Source: Candidatus Poribacteria bacterium (GTDB lineage: Bacteria; Poribacteria; WGA-4E; WGA-3G). From it: DNA of 64,000 nucleotides. The notes below the pieces were generated by a model. That model was not told the DNA's origin. It was given only the letters and a program-made list of their open reading frames with translations, and did no database searches. Positions 60,176-64,000 of this stretch are shown one piece after another. The stretch spans positions 10,025 to 74,024 of the forward strand of contig JAJECK010000061.1 in the NCBI GenBank assembly GCA_022822085.1, read 5' to 3'. The translations under genes were made by a program, and so were the position numbers. The first letter of the stretch is position 1, and each line of letters begins with the position of its first letter.

Positions 60176-61417
60176 ATGTACGGAGCAAACGAAATAGCAA
60201 TAGATGGAGATCCTCAAAAAGATGTGCGATATATTAGAATCACTGACATTGATGATCATGGAAACCTTCATAATGAAGATTGGAAAACAGTAAAAAAGAT
60301 TGATGAAAAATATATGCTTGAGGGAAACGATCTTTTGTTTGCTAGAAGTGGTGCTACAGCCGGTAAAACATTTATCCACAAAAGAGAACATGGAAGGGCA
60401 ATTTTTGCGGGGTATCTGATTCGTTTTCGCTTTGATGAAACTCGAGTAAACCCCTTCTTTGTGTTCTATTATACTCTATTAAGTCGATATAAGTCTTGGG
60501 TAAAAATAATACAAAGACCTTCAGGACAACCTAATATCAATTCAAGGGAATTTAAGGCATTTGAAATTCCTCTCCCACCGTCCAGCATCCAGAACCATGT
60601 TGCCAATATAATGAGATTCGCCTATGCTCAGAAAAAGCAGAAGGAACAAGAGGCAGACGCACTTTTGGATTCAATTGATGATTTTGTGTTATCAGAATTG
60701 GGTATTGAAATACCAGCAGCTGAGGAAAAGAAGTGTTTTGTGGTTTATGCCAACGAAACAACTAAGGAACGTCTTGATTCGCACTACCATCAGCCTCGCT
60801 ATAAGAAACTTTACAGCGTCATAAATGACTATGGCCGGGTATTCTCTTTGAAAAGTTTAGTGAGCGAATTAGATTACGGTATTATGCCAACACAAGATTA
60901 TGCAAATTCGGATGATTCTGGTGTCCCGATAATAAGAGTTACCAATCTCCTGCCAGATGGAAGCATTGACATGTCTGACGTTAAATACATTCCGTTTGAT
61001 ACTCCAAGACTAAATTTGAAACGCGTCAAAACTAATGATATTCTGATGGTTCAATGTGGAAGTACTACGGGTAAAATAGCTCTCGTTCCCAAAAGTTTTG
61101 AAGACTACACTTTTGGGTCTTTCATGTTTGTCATAAGGGGAAAACGAGAAATTATAAACCAAAATTACCTATTTGCAATTTTGTCAAACCGTTTAATTCA
61201 GGAACAAATTAGGCATACTTGGAACATTGTTACAGTACGTCCAAATACCTCAAAACCCAGTGTTGAAAATCTTTTGATTCCTGTTCCTTCCATTGAAATT
61301 CAGGAGCGAATTGCTGAGGAAGTGATGGCCAGAAAATCCGAAGCCGCGAAACTCAGGCAAGAAGCAAACGCTGTCGTGGAAGCAGCGAAAAAGAGGGTTG
61401 AGCAGATTCTATTGTAA
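60176..61417 (+). CDS. hsdS: Type I restriction-modification system specificity subunit S. The first ATG is at 60176, but the frame is open back to the hsdM stop at about 60024 with no canonical start, so the true N-terminus is uncertain.
   Basis: Two target-recognition-domain-like halves separated by a conserved helical spacer (...LPPSSIQNHVANIM...) and a C-terminal conserved region (IPVPSIEIQERIAEEV). It sits immediately downstream of hsdM. Confidence 0.75.
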   Translation: MYGANEIAIDGDPQKDVRYIRITDIDDHGNLHNEDWKTVKKIDEKYMLEGNDLLFARSGATAGKTFIHKREHGRAIFAGYLIRFRFDETRVNPFFVFYYTLLSRYKSWVKIIQRPSGQPNINSREFKAFEIPLPPSSIQNHVANIMRFAYAQKKQKEQEADALLDSIDDFVLSELGIEIPAAEEKKCFVVYANETTKERLDSHYHQPRYKKLYSVINDYGRVFSLKSLVSELDYGIMPTQDYANSDDSGVPIIRVTNLLPDGSIDMSDVKYIPFDTPRLNLKRVKTNDILMVQCGSTTGKIALVPKSFEDYTFGSFMFVIRGKREIINQNYLFAILSNRLIQEQIRHTWNIVTVRPNTSKPSVENLLIPVPSIEIQERIAEEVMARKSEAAKLRQEANAVVEAAKKRVEQILL

Positions 61418-61510
61418 GAGATATAAAACTAAAATAATCTTGATAATTAGTTGAAATTGGGTTATCATAATTTAAACAATTAACTATCTAACAGATTCTT
61501 AGGTTTTAAA

Positions 61511-63337
61511 ATGTCAGCGGATCTTACAATCTATTGTTTGGAACAAGTCACAGATTACTTTGAATTTGAACGACTCTGTCATGACTTGATGTCGCGGGAG
61601 GGATATAGTTCTATTGAACCTCTTGGTAGTTTTAAGGATAAAGGACGGGATGCTATTCACGTCAACGAGTCTGATAAAACTACAATATTCGCGTATAGTG
61701 TTAGTGAAGAGTGGCGAGTGAAACTTGCTGAAGACGCGGAAAAGGTCCGTAAATATCAACACCCCTGTGAACAGTTTATCTTCATTACAACCGCAAAATT
61801 CACAGCATATCAACGAGACGAAGCAGTTGCATTTATTAAAGACGAATTTGGTTGGCAATTGGAACTCTTTGGTGTTGAACGCTTGCGAATTCTTCTTGAC
61901 GTGAGTCATCCTCAGATTAAAAGACTACACCCAGGTATTTTTCCGTCAGAATTTCTTGCAGTTCAAGATCGGACTGACGACTCAACGGAGCGGCATCATC
62001 TTTTCATTAGTTGTGTTAGTAAAGATGGAGTGTTTGCAGATTGGTTGACGAGAAAACTAACAGCAGAGGGTTATTGTGTTTGGTCTGAGCGTTTCAAGTT
62101 GCTTGGAGGCGAACCTTATCCTGATGATTTAGATGAGGCGATTAAAAATCGGACTTTTAGGTTTTTAGGTTTGTATTCAAAAGCGTCACTTAACAATCAA
62201 GAAGTAATGCGCCAAAGATCGCTTGCTCTCAGCCTGAGAAGTGAAGATATTCAAGATTTTCTCATACCCTTGGATGTAGATGGTGTAAATCAGGAGCAGT
62301 TAGACAGTGTTACAAAGACATTGCAATTCGTTTCGTTTAAGGACAATTGGGCAGATGGACTAAAGCAATTGCTAAAAAAACTGGAATCTATTGACTGTCC
62401 ACGATTGTTACCAAACGGAGAACGTATTGTTGCAGAATCGTTTTTAGGAAACGATGTCCGCTCGGACGAAGAAGAAACCCTATATTCAAATTGCTTACGA
62501 ATTCTCCAGATACCTGAAATTATCCATCGTTTTACAGTAGAGGGTAAAATCCCAAAAGAAAAACTTAATAAACTCAAATCTGAATGGAGTTGCCGAAAAG
62601 TTGATTCCAATACATTTCTTAGTTTTCATAAACCTCCCACTTCAATTGTTGAGGAGTACCACGTGAACGAAATAGGGGGAGCTATATGGGCAAACACTAC
62701 AGTAATAAATGGAATTTCGACGTTTAACTTGGTATCTGAACTTATCCGTAAAGCTTTAATTGTGAAGTGTTATCAGAAAGGCTTGCAATACTGCTCTGAA
62801 GCAAAATTACTCTACTTTCCTTCAGATCTGGTGAATAAAGATCGACTCGAACTTATTCACCCTGATAGTGGTTCAAAAACCTATGTACTTTCTAATGGGA
62901 AAAGAAAACATCCATCAGGAAGGGAATACCTATATTCGCTTGCTCCCGACTTTTATGTACGTCAAGACCTTTTTGATGGTTTCACAGTTCTAATTCGCAT
63001 ACGGGTTCGTCTTTCAGGTACAACAGGTAAAGCCTTCACTACTAAACGTACAATTGATTCACGACGAAAACATCTATGTAAAAACTGGTGGAATAGACAT
63101 TGGCTTAACCGGACTTTGGCTGTCAGTCAATTTCTCGCGGATGACAGAAAGATAACAATTGGAGAATCGGAAGACGTGCAAATCGTTATTGACGCAAACC
63201 CATTGCGTTTCAATGTTCCAATAGGCATTAACGAACAAGCACTTGATAAACTCAATTATGAACGCTCAGAATCGATCAGAATCCATGATAGTGAAGAAGA
63301 TGAGTATTTAGACGAATATATTAGTGATGGTAAATAA
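61511..63337 (+). CDS. Multidomain defense protein: N-terminal Mrr-like (PD-(D/E)xK) restriction-endonuclease domain, central TIR domain, and a C-terminal roughly 300-aa domain that is probably APAZ (Mrr-TIR-APAZ).
   Basis: N-terminus (GSFKDKGRDAIHV...FAYSVSEEW...QFIFITTAKFT) has an Mrr_cat-like D...E.K layout. Residues around 160-290 (HHLFISCVSKDGVFADWLTRKLTAEGYCVWSE...IKNRTFRFLGLYSKASL) fit the TIR pattern (FISxxxxD...A..L...L...G..VW). The APAZ call is inferred from operon context with a downstream pAgo-like ORF. Confidence 0.6.
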   Translation: MSADLTIYCLEQVTDYFEFERLCHDLMSREGYSSIEPLGSFKDKGRDAIHVNESDKTTIFAYSVSEEWRVKLAEDAEKVRKYQHPCEQFIFITTAKFTAYQRDEAVAFIKDEFGWQLELFGVERLRILLDVSHPQIKRLHPGIFPSEFLAVQDRTDDSTERHHLFISCVSKDGVFADWLTRKLTAEGYCVWSERFKLLGGEPYPDDLDEAIKNRTFRFLGLYSKASLNNQEVMRQRSLALSLRSEDIQDFLIPLDVDGVNQEQLDSVTKTLQFVSFKDNWADGLKQLLKKLESIDCPRLLPNGERIVAESFLGNDVRSDEEETLYSNCLRILQIPEIIHRFTVEGKIPKEKLNKLKSEWSCRKVDSNTFLSFHKPPTSIVEEYHVNEIGGAIWANTTVINGISTFNLVSELIRKALIVKCYQKGLQYCSEAKLLYFPSDLVNKDRLELIHPDSGSKTYVLSNGKRKHPSGREYLYSLAPDFYVRQDLFDGFTVLIRIRVRLSGTTGKAFTTKRTIDSRRKHLCKNWWNRHWLNRTLAVSQFLADDRKITIGESEDVQIVIDANPLRFNVPIGINEQALDKLNYERSESIRIHDSEEDEYLDEYISDGK

Positions 63338-63340
63338 ACG

Positions 63341-64000
63341 ATGGATAAATCAATCATAGTACTTAATGAACCAGAATTGGAATTCCGCTATGCTCAAAGA
63401 ATGACTGATCCACGTGATGGACTTGCCATCTTCGGTCCCTATGACACCGATATGTCATCACAACCAGGAAAACTGTCTTATATCGTCATCGGGACAGACA
63501 AAGGGATCCCCGCTTTTAAAACGTGGGCGGATGCTATGAACCGTCCCGCAATTTTTGCTCCAAATGGAAATATGAGACTTTGGCCTCCGTTTCCTGGATT
63601 TGAAGCAGTATTTTGTTCAGAGTGGTCTAGTGAACCAATCCGGTCTTATCAAATTGATCGGGACCGACTCATTAAAGCCTCGTATCACCCTGATAAATAC
63701 GAGCGAACGTTTGGAGTTGTAAACTTCTATCTTGAGCAAATAGAAAGGAGTAGCAAACTTGACGAAAATATTGGTGTGGCTATCTGTATCATTCCAGATG
63801 AGGTTTGGCAAAATTGTCGTCCAGAATCTCGTATTGCTGATCCTATTGGTCAACCTATTTCTTCTAAAAGGATAGAACGTAGAAGAGCAGGACAACTTGA
63901 GTTTTTTGATAAATTCAATCAAGAGCAGTATCTACTATCACCTGATTTCCGGCGGCAACTTAAAGCGCGTTCAATGCAATATGGAATTCCTTTGCAAATT
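63341..64000 (+). CDS. Partial ORF running off the window end (at least 220 aa, no stop) and absent from the ORF track. Candidate short prokaryotic Argonaute (MID-PIWI) partner of the upstream TIR-APAZ protein.
   Basis: Continuous open frame from the ATG at 63341 (MDKSIIVLNEPELEFRYAQRMTDPRDGLAIFGPYD...), 3 bp after the upstream stop. The identification rests on gene context and on known short-pAgo operon organisation, not on a motif I can verify by eye. Confidence 0.45.
   Translation, partial: MDKSIIVLNEPELEFRYAQRMTDPRDGLAIFGPYDTDMSSQPGKLSYIVIGTDKGIPAFKTWADAMNRPAIFAPNGNMRLWPPFPGFEAVFCSEWSSEPIRSYQIDRDRLIKASYHPDKYERTFGVVNFYLEQIERSSKLDENIGVAICIIPDEVWQNCRPESRIADPIGQPISSKRIERRRAGQLEFFDKFNQEQYLLSPDFRRQLKARSMQYGIPLQI

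Overview
This is a 64-kb stretch of bacterial chromosome, about 40% GC, coding on both strands. The mix of eukaryote-like repeat proteins (WD40, FG-GAP, HEAT, TolB), FGE-sulfatase domains and a T9SS-type sorting tail would fit a Poribacteria- or Planctomycetes-like symbiont, but that is a guess.

Gene content by region:
- **1-8.3 kb:** a head-to-tail array of four large paralogous WD40 beta-propeller proteins carrying signal peptides or membrane anchors.
- **8.3-15.5 kb:** a polytopic membrane protein, a YitJ-like homocysteine S-methyltransferase/MTHFR fusion, a dockerin-bearing secreted protein, a GT2 glycosyltransferase and an SDR reductase.
- **16-37 kb:** mostly secreted or hypothetical proteins, including an HEXXH metalloprotease with a T9SS-type C-terminal sorting domain, a CRTAC1/ASPIC FG-GAP protein, an archease, a UvrD/AddA-type helicase-nuclease, a lone ABC ATPase, an FGE-sulfatase protein and selA.
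- **38-56 kb:** a solute-binding protein, two PhyH dioxygenases, a second FGE-sulfatase protein, a TolB-like propeller, two enolase-superfamily enzymes, a Gfo/Idh/MocA oxidoreductase, two paralogous HEAT-repeat lipoproteins, mnmA, miaA and an AAA ATPase.
- **57.7-64 kb:** a defense island with type I restriction-modification hsdM and hsdS and no hsdR in view. It is followed by a 608-aa protein whose architecture I read as Mrr-like nuclease, TIR and a probable APAZ domain. An ORF starts 3 bp downstream and runs off the window; I interpret it as a short prokaryotic Argonaute (MID-PIWI), which would make this a short-pAgo system of the SPARTA-related Mrr-TIR-APAZ type.

Intergenic DNA is unusually rich in small foldback elements resembling MITEs:
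- One family has CAGGACTTACGCA terminal inverted repeats.
- A second has ATGAAGAT...GGTAAT termini.
- A third has TATCTCATAAATCA termini.
- Copies nest inside one another, most densely in a roughly 1-kb hotspot at 56.7-57.7 kb directly upstream of the defense island.

Smaller points:
- An in-frame TAG stop splits a signal peptide from its mature ORF at 17529-17604.
- A perfect 30-bp-arm palindrome sits at 19135-19214.
- A 26-bp tandem duplication of the RBS and start upstream of 30842 creates a 9-codon uORF.
- A membrane protein at 53939-54499 encodes tandem GVNAxGVxAI repeats.
- selA implies selenoprotein capacity, but I identified no selenoprotein gene or other Sec-machinery gene in this window.

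I could not recognise any tRNA, rRNA or CRISPR array by eye.
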